A DNA stretch of 64,000 nucleotides from Candidatus Alistipes avistercoris (GTDB lineage Bacteria; Bacteroidota; Bacteroidia; Bacteroidales; Rikenellaceae), in NCBI GenBank assembly GCA_019115075.1, contig DXEE01000037.1, positions 5,097 through 69,096 of the forward strand. Reading direction: 5' to 3'. The notes beneath the pieces were generated by a model, which was not told the DNA's origin, ran no database searches, and saw only the letters and a list, made by a program, of their open reading frames with translations. This document shows, one piece after another, positions 9,229 through 17,360 of the stretch (within the stretch, counting starts at the first letter, position 1; every line of letters starts with the position of its first letter). The position numbers were made by a program, and so were the translations under genes.

Positions 9229-9951
9229 TCACAGACCGTCGGAGTCGCGGCAGAGTGCCGTCAGTGCCGTACAGATTTTCCGCGACAACCGGAAACCGCG
9301 GATGCGGTCACAGACAGCCTTTCGGTGGATATCGGTGCCTGCAGCGTTGTAGAACCCCTGCTCCAGAAGCCATCCGGCACACTCCATCGCCCGCTTTCCG
9401 TACATGCCGGCCAATGTGAAGAGGTCGAGCTGGAAGCGAACCCCGGCTTCGTGCAGCCGTCTGTAATCCTTACGTGACATGTAGACATACCGCTCGGGGT
9501 GTGCCAGCAACGGATAATATCCGCGCGAGCGGATCCGGCAAAGCGTCCCCTCGAGGTCCAGCGGAGGATTGAAATAGGAGGTCTCGACCAACAGGTGGTT
9601 ACCGCGTCGTCCGATCGGCAGCAGGTCGTTGCCGTCGAGCCGCTCGTCGAACAGGTTGTCCAGCATGTGTTCTGCCGCCAGGTGGAGTTCGATCCGTCCG
9701 GAATATGCCGTCCGCAACTCTTCGAATTTGCGCTTCAGGCTCTCCGGGGTGTTCGGCATGTCCTCCATGATGTGCGGCGTGAGCCACACGGTCTTCATGC
9801 CGAGCGCTTCGTATCCGTGCAGGATCTCCAGAGCCTCCTCCACACTGCGCACGCCGTCGTCCACGGCAGGCAGGATGTGCGAGTGCCAGTCGGTAAAACC
9901 CTCGAAGAGTCCGCTTTCGGCGAGGGAACAGGAGCGGGTGAAGGGCCACAT
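9229..9951 (-). CDS. PHP-family protein-tyrosine phosphatase (CpsB/YwqE type)
   Basis: FTDWHSHILPAVDDG, LAHPERY and AGTDIH metal-binding motifs of the CpsB/CapC PHP phosphatases. It lies directly downstream of a Wzc-type kinase. Confidence 0.85.
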   Translation of the reverse strand: MWPFTRSCSLAESGLFEGFTDWHSHILPAVDDGVRSVEEALEILHGYEALGMKTVWLTPHIMEDMPNTPESLKRKFEELRTAYSGRIELHLAAEHMLDNLFDERLDGNDLLPIGRRGNHLLVETSYFNPPLDLEGTLCRIRSRGYYPLLAHPERYVYMSRKDYRRLHEAGVRFQLDLFTLAGMYGKRAMECAGWLLEQGFYNAAGTDIHRKAVCDRIRGFRLSRKICTALTALCRDSDGL

Positions 9952-9963
9952 GTGCGGTCGGGG

Positions 9964-12375
9964 CTACTTCTTCGATCCGGAGTCGTAGTGGTAGCCGTAT
10001 CCGTAGTGGTAACCGTAGCGGTTGCCGTATCCGTAGTAGCCGGACCGACCGTCGGTACCGTTCAGGATCAGTGCCATGTTCTTGAACTTCTTCTCCCGGT
10101 AGATGTTCTCCAGTACGGACAGCATGCTGCGTTCGAGCAGCCCTGCGCGTACGACGAAGAGGGTGCGGTCGGCAACCTTCTCGATGATGTGCGTGTCGGC
10201 TACCACCTCGATCGGCGGGCAGTCGATCAGTATGTAGTCGTAGACGGTGCGCAGGTGTGCGATGAGCTCCCCGAACCGGCTCTCTTCGAGCAGTTCCGTC
10301 GGGTTGGGCGGAATCGTGCCGACAGGCAGGATGTTCAGATTCTCGTACTCCTTGTCGCGCACGAGAATCTCCTCCACCTTGTCGGTACGGAACCCGAGGT
10401 AGTCGCTCAGTCCGTGCCGCGGCGAGCCGACATAGGCCGATGTGGATCCGTGGCGCAGGTCGCCGTCGATGACCAGCACGCGGCGTCCCTTGATGGCCAG
10501 GCTCATGGCGATGTTCATCGCCAGGAACGACTTGCCGCTTCCCGGGTTGAACGACGTGAGTATGATGACGTTCGATTTCTCGCTTTTCCCGACGACGAAT
10601 TCAAGGTTGGTACGCAATACGCGGAATGCCTCGTTGATTACGTCGCGTTTGCCTTCGCGGACGACAATCGGATCGGCCGCAGGCTCTCTTTTTTTCTTCT
10701 TCCCGAACAGCACCCGGCCGTTGTCTCCCCATTGCGGGATTTCGCCGAGGAACGGCAGCGGGAGTTTCTCGACGTCCTTGCGCCCGCGGATCCGGGTGTT
10801 CATCACCTCCCTGAGGAAGATCACGCCCACGGGGATGAGCAGTCCGATGACAAAAGCCACGGCGAGGATGTTGCGTCGTACGGGCGTTGTCGGCACCATG
10901 CTCCCGCTCGGCGGAGTGATCACCCGCGTGTTGTAGGCCGTGAAGGCCTGCGAGAGCTCGTTCTCCTCGCGCTTCTGCAGCAGGAAGAGGTAGAGGGCCT
11001 CCTTGACCTTCTGCTGGCGTTCCACCGAGAGCAGGTATTTGGCCTGCGAGGGGTTGGCGGCGATGCGCGCCGTGGTCTTCTGCTCGTTCTGCTGCAGGCT
11101 GGCGATCTGCGTGTTGAGCGTGAGGATCTGGTTGTCGATCGAGGTGATGATCGCCCGGCGCATCTCCGAGAGTGCCTGATCCATATCCACGACCAGCGGG
11201 TTCTGCGTGCTGGAGTTGGCCACCAGGCTGTTGCGCTGAAGCAGTTTGGTGTTGTACTCCGATATCTGCGATTCGATGTTGGTGCTCTCGATTCCCGAGT
11301 TGGCCGGCAGCAGCTGTGTCCTGTTGTTCTCGTCGGAGAGGTAGTTCCGTACGTAGCGGGTCATGTAGAGCTGGTTGCTCAGAGCCATGATCTGGGCATT
11401 GGTCTCGCTGCTCTGCGCCATGTAGAGGCTCGAGGCGGCCTGCACGTCGGGCAGGAGGTTTTCGCTCTTGTAGGTGGAGATGTTCTCGTCCACATTGCCC
11501 AGTTCCCGCTCGATGACGCCCAGACGCTCGTTGATGAACATCGAGGTCGAGACGGCGATCTGGTTCTTGTCCCTTACCCAGTTCTCGTTGTATACCGAGA
11601 TCATGGTGTTCAGTACGTCCTCGGCCCGTTGCGTGGAGACGTCGCGGAAGGTAAGGTCGATGGCCGAAGCCTTCTTGTCGCTCAGGGCGACGGTCAGATT
11701 ACCCGAGTAGCTGCCGACGGCTCCGTAGAGTCCCGTCCGGGAGACCTTCAACTGACAACCTCGGTCGATGTCGTAATAGGGCGTCGGAGTGATCTCGACC
11801 CGTCCCAGCGGCGTTGTCAGCGTGTCGGTGAGGTTGCCCTTGATGACCTTCTCCGAGGGGATCTCTTCACCGTTGCGGACGAACTCCGACAACTCTACCT
11901 CACCGCCCGGGCGTACCTTGAGGGTGAAGCGGGCCGATTCGTTCTCCGTCAGTTCGGGCAGCGAGACGGTCAGGGGCAGCGAGGCCCCGTATGCCACGCG
12001 GTCCTGGAAACGTCCGGGAATATGGTAGTTCATGTCCAGGTGCAGCCGCTTTACGACCTCGAGCATGATCGAGGGCGACTGGAGTACGAGCAGCTCGTTG
12101 TTTACGTTTGTGGTGGTCTGGAAGAGTCCGAGGTCCCCGAACGATTCGACATCGGAGGCCAGCGACTGCCCCTTGGTGTTCTCCTTGATGAGCAGCGTGG
12201 CCGAGCGGGTGTAGACCGAGGGGGTCTTCAGCAGGTAGAGGAATGCCAGGCTCAGGGTGACCAGCAGCGAGAGTATGAACCATTTCCATTTGGCCAGGCA
12301 AAGGTAGAGCAGGTCCTTGATCTGAATGGAATCGTCCATCGGTTCGGCGGGGGACGTATTCTGGGTCATTTCCAT
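9964..12375 (-). CDS. wzc: polysaccharide co-polymerase / BY-kinase (Wzc type), copy 1
   Basis: Wzz-like N-terminus with two TM helices and a coiled-coil periplasmic region. Also has Walker A (SFNPGSGKSF) and a C-terminal Tyr cluster (YYGYGNRYGYHYGYGYHYD). Confidence 0.9.
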   Translation of the reverse strand: MEMTQNTSPAEPMDDSIQIKDLLYLCLAKWKWFILSLLVTLSLAFLYLLKTPSVYTRSATLLIKENTKGQSLASDVESFGDLGLFQTTTNVNNELLVLQSPSIMLEVVKRLHLDMNYHIPGRFQDRVAYGASLPLTVSLPELTENESARFTLKVRPGGEVELSEFVRNGEEIPSEKVIKGNLTDTLTTPLGRVEITPTPYYDIDRGCQLKVSRTGLYGAVGSYSGNLTVALSDKKASAIDLTFRDVSTQRAEDVLNTMISVYNENWVRDKNQIAVSTSMFINERLGVIERELGNVDENISTYKSENLLPDVQAASSLYMAQSSETNAQIMALSNQLYMTRYVRNYLSDENNRTQLLPANSGIESTNIESQISEYNTKLLQRNSLVANSSTQNPLVVDMDQALSEMRRAIITSIDNQILTLNTQIASLQQNEQKTTARIAANPSQAKYLLSVERQQKVKEALYLFLLQKREENELSQAFTAYNTRVITPPSGSMVPTTPVRRNILAVAFVIGLLIPVGVIFLREVMNTRIRGRKDVEKLPLPFLGEIPQWGDNGRVLFGKKKKREPAADPIVVREGKRDVINEAFRVLRTNLEFVVGKSEKSNVIILTSFNPGSGKSFLAMNIAMSLAIKGRRVLVIDGDLRHGSTSAYVGSPRHGLSDYLGFRTDKVEEILVRDKEYENLNILPVGTIPPNPTELLEESRFGELIAHLRTVYDYILIDCPPIEVVADTHIIEKVADRTLFVVRAGLLERSMLSVLENIYREKKFKNMALILNGTDGRSGYYGYGNRYGYHYGYGYHYDSGSKK

Positions 12376-12421
12376 ATGGTACGGTTGCTTCTTTTTTTGT
12401 TCTTGGGGTTTTGTTGTTCGG

Positions 12422-13237
12422 TTATTTGACGAAAAGGACCGTCACGGTGGTGATCAGCGAGACGAGCGACATCCAGAAGGTGGCCGAGAGTACGTTGTTG
12501 CCGTTCACCGTGGACTGGCGGGCCCGCATCGAGTTCGGTTCGACGTATACGACATCGTCCTGCTGCAGGTAGTATACCGGCGAGTTGTAGAGTTGCTCGG
12601 CCGACCGCAGATCGACGCCGTAGACGCGTTGCTGCCCCTCCACCTCGCGCAGGACGAGCACCTTGTCCCGCTTGCCGAAGATGGTCATGTCGCCGGCCAT
12701 GCTGAGGGCTTCCAGCAGCGTGATGTAGTCCTTGTCGATGCTGTATCGTCCGGGATTTGCCACTTCGCCGAGCACCGAGACGGTGAGGTTCATGAATTCG
12801 ACCGTCACGACCGGATCCTTGATGAGGTTCTGGCTGATGAGTTCGCTTTTGATGTGTGCGGCGATCTCCTCGCGGGTCATGCCGGCCACGTAGACACTGC
12901 CCAGCACGGGAAAGTCGATCGTGCCGTCCTGACGGACCGTATAGCCCGAGATCCCCTGGGAAGAGGAGCCGGCACCTGAATTTTTGGTACCCAGTTGCCG
13001 GGATACGATCGGCAGGTTGAACAGGTCGGCCAGAAGCGGGTCCTTGCTGTTCACGATAATCGAGATCTTGTCTTCGGGCTGTACCTTGACGGTGACCGGG
13101 GTTATCCCCTGGGTGATCTGTTCTCCGGGGCGGACATCCTGAAAATAGGTGATTCGTTCGGTTGAGGCGCACGAACTCAATAGTGCGGCGAGAGAGAACA
13201 TCAGCAGAAAGGCAGGGATTTTCATAATCGAATTCAT
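12422..13237 (-). CDS. wza: outer-membrane polysaccharide export protein (Wza / Poly_export + SLBB), copy 1
   Basis: Signal peptide with Cys (LLSSCAS), then Poly_export-like and SLBB-like sequence (PGRYSIDKDYITLLEALSMAGDMT). Confidence 0.85.
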   Translation of the reverse strand: MNSIMKIPAFLLMFSLAALLSSCASTERITYFQDVRPGEQITQGITPVTVKVQPEDKISIIVNSKDPLLADLFNLPIVSRQLGTKNSGAGSSSQGISGYTVRQDGTIDFPVLGSVYVAGMTREEIAAHIKSELISQNLIKDPVVTVEFMNLTVSVLGEVANPGRYSIDKDYITLLEALSMAGDMTIFGKRDKVLVLREVEGQQRVYGVDLRSAEQLYNSPVYYLQQDDVVYVEPNSMRARQSTVNGNNVLSATFWMSLVSLITTVTVLFVK

Positions 13238-13704
13238 TTCAGGATTAAAACGGATCGACGCTCAAATAAGAAAATATGTGGTTGTTGCATGCAAAACTTC
13301 TGTTTGTGGCTCCGTGTCGGGATGCTGTCGGATTATCCGTCTGAGAGTCTGTAATATCTGGTTTTGTCGAAACCTATATTCCGTTCCTGTATGCACCAAT
13401 AATCCATGCTGTCCGAACTGTCATCAGCACTCATTGTTTGCATATCCTTTCTCTCGGGGGATCCTTATGGCACACCCTTCCGGCGGGCTGCAGTATGCCG
13501 ACGGGCCAAAAGTATCACTTTTCGTGCAGAATAACAAATATTTTGGATAAAATCCGGACGTTTCGCAATGTGCCGATGCGATTGTCGTGCCTGGAAAAAG
13601 ATGGCGCGAATCGGATGTTTGGATGAACGGGCCGTGTGTTTCAGATGTGGAAAAGGTTATTCCGTGCGGCTGAGATCCGGACTTGCATTCCGGCGGCAAC
13701 AAAC

Positions 13705-13734
13705 GAAAAAAGGAGAATCGAAATCGATTCTCCT
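13705..13734 (-). terminator. intrinsic terminator closing the S24-ABC unit
   Basis: AGGAGAATCG (13711-13720) / CGATTCTCCT (13725-13734). On the minus strand a T5 run (13710-13706) follows. It sits 65 nt after the ABC transporter stop. Confidence 0.65.
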
Positions 13735-13798
13735 TCGGATTTCGTTCCCGGTCGGATGCCGGCCCTCGTCCAGCCGTGCGGTTGCCGCTCGGAAGAGC

Positions 13799-15457
13799 TC
13801 ATCGGGTTCGGTCCGATTTTCTTATCCGGATTACCGAATTGCAGAAACGTGCGACCGTATCCCGGTGGGTTACCAGGATAAGCGTCTTTCCATGCAGCCT
13901 GAGGGCGAGGCGCTGCAGGAGCATCTGTTCGGTCGGTTCGTCGAGTGCCGAGGTCGGTTCGTCCAGCAGCAGAATGCCTCCGGGGCGAAGCAGTCCCCGG
14001 GCAATGGCGATGCGTTGTGCCTGTCCTTCACTGAGGCCTGCGCCCTGTTCGCCGCACCGTGTGTTCAGCCCGTCGGGCAGGGACAGAACAAAATCCGCTG
14101 CTGCGGAGTGCAGTGCGGTTTCCATCTGCTCTTCCGTGGCCTGCGGGTTCCCCATCCGCAGATTGTCGCGTATGGTCCCGCTCATCAACGTGTTGCCCTG
14201 CGGTACGTAGGACAGGTTGCATCGTGTGAGCGGAGAGGCGCCTGCTTCACGGGTTGCGTCATAGAATCGGATGGAACCCTTGTCCGGTTGGAGCAGGGCG
14301 AGAATCAACCGGATCAACGTACTTTTCCCGGCACCGGTTTCCCCGATGACGGCAGTCATGCTGCCCGGGGGAAAATCGTGTGAGAAATCGTCGAGTACGA
14401 TCCGACTGCTGCCCGGATAGGTATAGGAAAGGTGCTCGATGCGGATTCCTGGAGTGTGGCTGAGCCGCTGTCGGGTGCCATGCTCTTCCAGCTGTAGAAA
14501 GGTCAGTTCCGCCAGGCGTTCTGCAGCGGTGAAAACCCGGACGAATGCGGGAATATGGCGGCTCAAATCCACCATCGGCCGCTGGATCTGTGCGACCAGT
14601 TGGAGAAATGCCGCCATCATGCCGAACGTCACGGACCCGTCACGCAATCCGAATACGCCCCACAGCAGGGCTGCGGCATAACCGGCCATGAAACCTGCCT
14701 GGACCATCGCCCGGGAGAAGATCGAGAAATCGGTGCGTCGCATGACCCGCTCTTGCAGGTTCGACTGCAGTTCCGTGAGGCGGGCGATGGCCTGTTCCGT
14801 ATATTCGAGCGTGCGGATTAGGATGCGGTGTTGCAGGTGCTCCTGCATGTGGCTCTGGATGGCGCTGTCCGTGTCGCGGATCTCGTGCGACATCCGGCGC
14901 ATCCGCCTCATGTAGCTTTTGCTGAAGAGCAGGGCGACGGGCATGATGAAGACCAGTATGCCGGCCAGGCGCACATCCAGCCGCGCAAGGAAAAACAGAG
15001 CCCCTCCCAACTGGAAAACGGTAATGAAAACGGCGGGAACGGTTCGGCTCAGGGCATCGGTGACGGTCGCCACGTCTTCCTCCAGCCGGTTGAGCAGGTC
15101 TCCCGTATGGAGGGCCTCCCGACCCGACCAGCGGCTCTCCATCAGGTGGATGAACAGGCGGCGATGCAATTCGTTGCGGAGGCTGATCTCCGTGCGGGCA
15201 GCCAGACGGGCTCTTGCCGCCGAGAGCAGTAGCTGGGCGGTAAGACTGCATGCCAGCCATCCCGTGTATGTGGACAGACCGTCGTCCGAAGGCCCGGTGG
15301 CGATATCGATCAGGTGTTTGCACACGTATACGAAAAACAGGGAGACGCCGACATGCAGCACTCCCGTCGATATGCAACCGACGACCGACAGCCGAAACCC
15401 TTCGGATGCGTGCCACAGCCATTTGGCGCACTCCCGTATCCGTATCGACGCCCTCAT
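13799..15457 (-). CDS. ABC exporter, fused permease + ATPase
   Basis: Six-helix N-terminal TMD, Walker A (GETGAGKST), signature (LSEGQAQRIAIARG) and Walker B (ILLLDEPTSALD). Trimmed to the ATG at 15457, which overlaps the S24 peptidase stop (ATGA). No C39 peptidase domain. Confidence 0.85.
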   Translation of the reverse strand: MRASIRIRECAKWLWHASEGFRLSVVGCISTGVLHVGVSLFFVYVCKHLIDIATGPSDDGLSTYTGWLACSLTAQLLLSAARARLAARTEISLRNELHRRLFIHLMESRWSGREALHTGDLLNRLEEDVATVTDALSRTVPAVFITVFQLGGALFFLARLDVRLAGILVFIMPVALLFSKSYMRRMRRMSHEIRDTDSAIQSHMQEHLQHRILIRTLEYTEQAIARLTELQSNLQERVMRRTDFSIFSRAMVQAGFMAGYAAALLWGVFGLRDGSVTFGMMAAFLQLVAQIQRPMVDLSRHIPAFVRVFTAAERLAELTFLQLEEHGTRQRLSHTPGIRIEHLSYTYPGSSRIVLDDFSHDFPPGSMTAVIGETGAGKSTLIRLILALLQPDKGSIRFYDATREAGASPLTRCNLSYVPQGNTLMSGTIRDNLRMGNPQATEEQMETALHSAAADFVLSLPDGLNTRCGEQGAGLSEGQAQRIAIARGLLRPGGILLLDEPTSALDEPTEQMLLQRLALRLHGKTLILVTHRDTVARFCNSVIRIRKSDRTR

Positions 15458-15933
15458 GGATTGCCTGTCGTTTTTGCAGTCTGTCGTCTCATCAGCCGTC
15501 GGCATATGAACAGCAATTCCCTCCGTACCGGCAGCAGCAATCTCCAGACCGTAGCTCGAAACCTTTCCGGGCGGGATGAACAGTCTATCGCACGGCCGTT
15601 GCGGATGATGCGTACAACCGTTGCCAGCACCTCATCCTTGCGGCACTGTTCCACGGCTTGGAGGTTGCTGTCTCCCATCAGCGCAAGGCGCTCCCCTTCT
15701 ATCTGATAGATACGATGCAGTATATAACCTTTCGAGTGCAGCCGAACCAGTACGATATCCCCTGCCGCAATCCGTCCGACCCTGTGTAGCACCACCTGGT
15801 CGCGGCCGTTGGCAATGAAAGGAAACATGCTGTCCCCGCTGGCCCGCAGTGTAACGGACTCTCCTTCGGATAACAGTTTGAGACACTCCTCGAGAAAGAG
15901 GCTATTGTCCAGCAGAAGTTTTTCAGCCTGCAT
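15454..15933 (-). CDS. S24 (LexA/signal-peptidase-like) family serine peptidase
   Basis: RASGDSMFPFI nucleophile motif plus a downstream SKGYILHRI Lys region. The start is set at the ATG at 15933 because the longer ORF (to 16011) runs through a perfect 14-bp hairpin. Confidence 0.7.
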   Translation of the reverse strand: MQAEKLLLDNSLFLEECLKLLSEGESVTLRASGDSMFPFIANGRDQVVLHRVGRIAAGDIVLVRLHSKGYILHRIYQIEGERLALMGDSNLQAVEQCRKDEVLATVVRIIRNGRAIDCSSRPERFRATVWRLLLPVRRELLFICRRLMRRQTAKTTGNP

Positions 15934-15969
15934 TTTCCGGTGTGAGCTTGAAGACCGGGGGCCGATCCG

Positions 15970-16006
15970 GAAACTCCCCTTTTCATGATCCGAAAAGGGG
16001 AGTTTC
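15970..16006 (-). other. perfect 14-bp stem-loop between ompA and the S24 peptidase gene
   Basis: GAAACTCCCCTTTT (15970-15983) / 9-nt loop / AAAAGGGGAGTTTC (15993-16006). No flanking T-tract, so its function is undetermined. Confidence 0.5.
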
Positions 16007-16078
16007 AGCATGCGGACCGGACAGGAGGATATCCGGCAGCCGGGCTTTCGGCCGCCGGACAGGCTCCGGTACCTTTGG

Positions 16079-17275
16079 TTATTTCTTGTTTCGGGTGATC
16101 ACGGCACGGCTCATGCTCGGATCGTCATAGAACATGTTTCCGACTCCGCCCTTGTATTCGATCTCGAGTTGCGACTTGTTCACTCCGAACTCCTTGACCA
16201 GACACTTGTATACGGCTTCGGCGCGGGCCTTGCTTAACCGGTCGTTGCCTTTCTCGCTGCCCGTGCCGGCGTCGGCATATCCGGTGATCGTATATACGGC
16301 CGACGGATCGCCCTGCTTGATGACTTCGGCCATCATGCCGAGATTGACGCGGGCTTCGTTCGAGAGATCGCTTCTGTCGATCTGGAACGTCACCAGATTG
16401 GCCGATGCGATCTGTTTTACGATGATCTGCGCCTCTTGCTGGTTGCCCTTGGCAAGAGCCTCCTCCAGTCGGGCGTTCTCCTCGCTCAGTTTCTCCAAAC
16501 GCTCACGCATGGCATTGATCTGCCCGGCATTGTACACCGTGCGGGTCACTTTTTTGCTGCGGTTCCACCCACGGGGCTTGATCTTGTAGGAGAACCCGAT
16601 GGTTGCAGCCAGCAGGCCTTCGCCGCTGCGGCCTCCCGATTCCCCGTCGAACTCGTCGCTGACGAGCGTGCCGCGGATATCCAGGTTCAGGTCCCAACCG
16701 GCGCTGAGACGGAATGTGTTCAGTACACCGATGTGTCCCGAGGCATCGACCCGTTTGGGATCCTGCGTCGCTTTCATCAGACCTACGCCGGCGTAGGGAA
16801 TGCAGTTGTAGAATCTGTTCTCCTTGTATCCGCTGATGATGTTGGAGAAGTTGAACATGGCGTCGAGATGGAAGTTGTAGTAATTGAACTTCGACTTGTA
16901 GAGGCCCTCGCCCCATCCGTCTACCTGCTCACCGGTCGAATGTGCCGCTCCCCAGCGGGTGGCTCCCTTGATGGAGAGTCCGTTGTATCCGAACCGTACG
17001 CCGATATCGGGCGAGAACCACTTGCCGATGGCTATGTCGAGGGCCGGGGAGAGCCGTTGTCCGAACGGTATCTGCTTGTCGTGGTCGCCGAAGAAGATCT
17101 GTGCGCCGCCGCCTACGCTGACTACCCAGTTGCTCCAGAATCCGTTTGTCTCGACCTTGTGTTTGTCCGTGCTGTATTCCACGGTTTCCGTGATCTCGGC
17201 ATCCTGCTCCGTTTGAGCGTATACCGAACCTGCAGCCACAAGAAAGAGGACTGCCAATAGTATTTTCTTGTTCAT
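16079..17275 (-). CDS. OmpA-family outer-membrane protein (beta-barrel + coiled coil + OmpA_C)
   Basis: Signal peptide (MNKKILLAVLFLVAAGSVYAQ), aromatic-rich barrel region, coiled coil (MRERLEKLSEENARLEEALAK) and a C-terminal OmpA-like peptidoglycan-binding domain (TITGYADAGTGSEKGNDRLSKARAEAV). Confidence 0.85.
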   Translation of the reverse strand: MNKKILLAVLFLVAAGSVYAQTEQDAEITETVEYSTDKHKVETNGFWSNWVVSVGGGAQIFFGDHDKQIPFGQRLSPALDIAIGKWFSPDIGVRFGYNGLSIKGATRWGAAHSTGEQVDGWGEGLYKSKFNYYNFHLDAMFNFSNIISGYKENRFYNCIPYAGVGLMKATQDPKRVDASGHIGVLNTFRLSAGWDLNLDIRGTLVSDEFDGESGGRSGEGLLAATIGFSYKIKPRGWNRSKKVTRTVYNAGQINAMRERLEKLSEENARLEEALAKGNQQEAQIIVKQIASANLVTFQIDRSDLSNEARVNLGMMAEVIKQGDPSAVYTITGYADAGTGSEKGNDRLSKARAEAVYKCLVKEFGVNKSQLEIEYKGGVGNMFYDDPSMSRAVITRNKK

Positions 17276-17360
17276 GTCAAATCGTTTTTGGAACTTCCGT
17301 CCTGCCCCGGGCCGTTATCGGAGGCCCGGAGCGGGAACGGAAGTGAGTCAGATTTCCGAA

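Noticed and set aside
9499-12429. 976-aa plus-strand ORF
   Set aside because: Antisense to wzc copy 1, with no recognisable motifs. Same GC-rich antisense artefact.
13238-13798. Possible hidden gene or precursor peptide in the 560-nt spacer upstream of wza copy 1 (ORFs 13424..13702 and 13568..14383)
   Set aside because: The candidate ORFs cross the terminator hairpin or run antisense into the ABC gene, and have no motifs. The region is more likely promoter and leader; there is a TACTTTTG box on the minus strand at 13514-13507.
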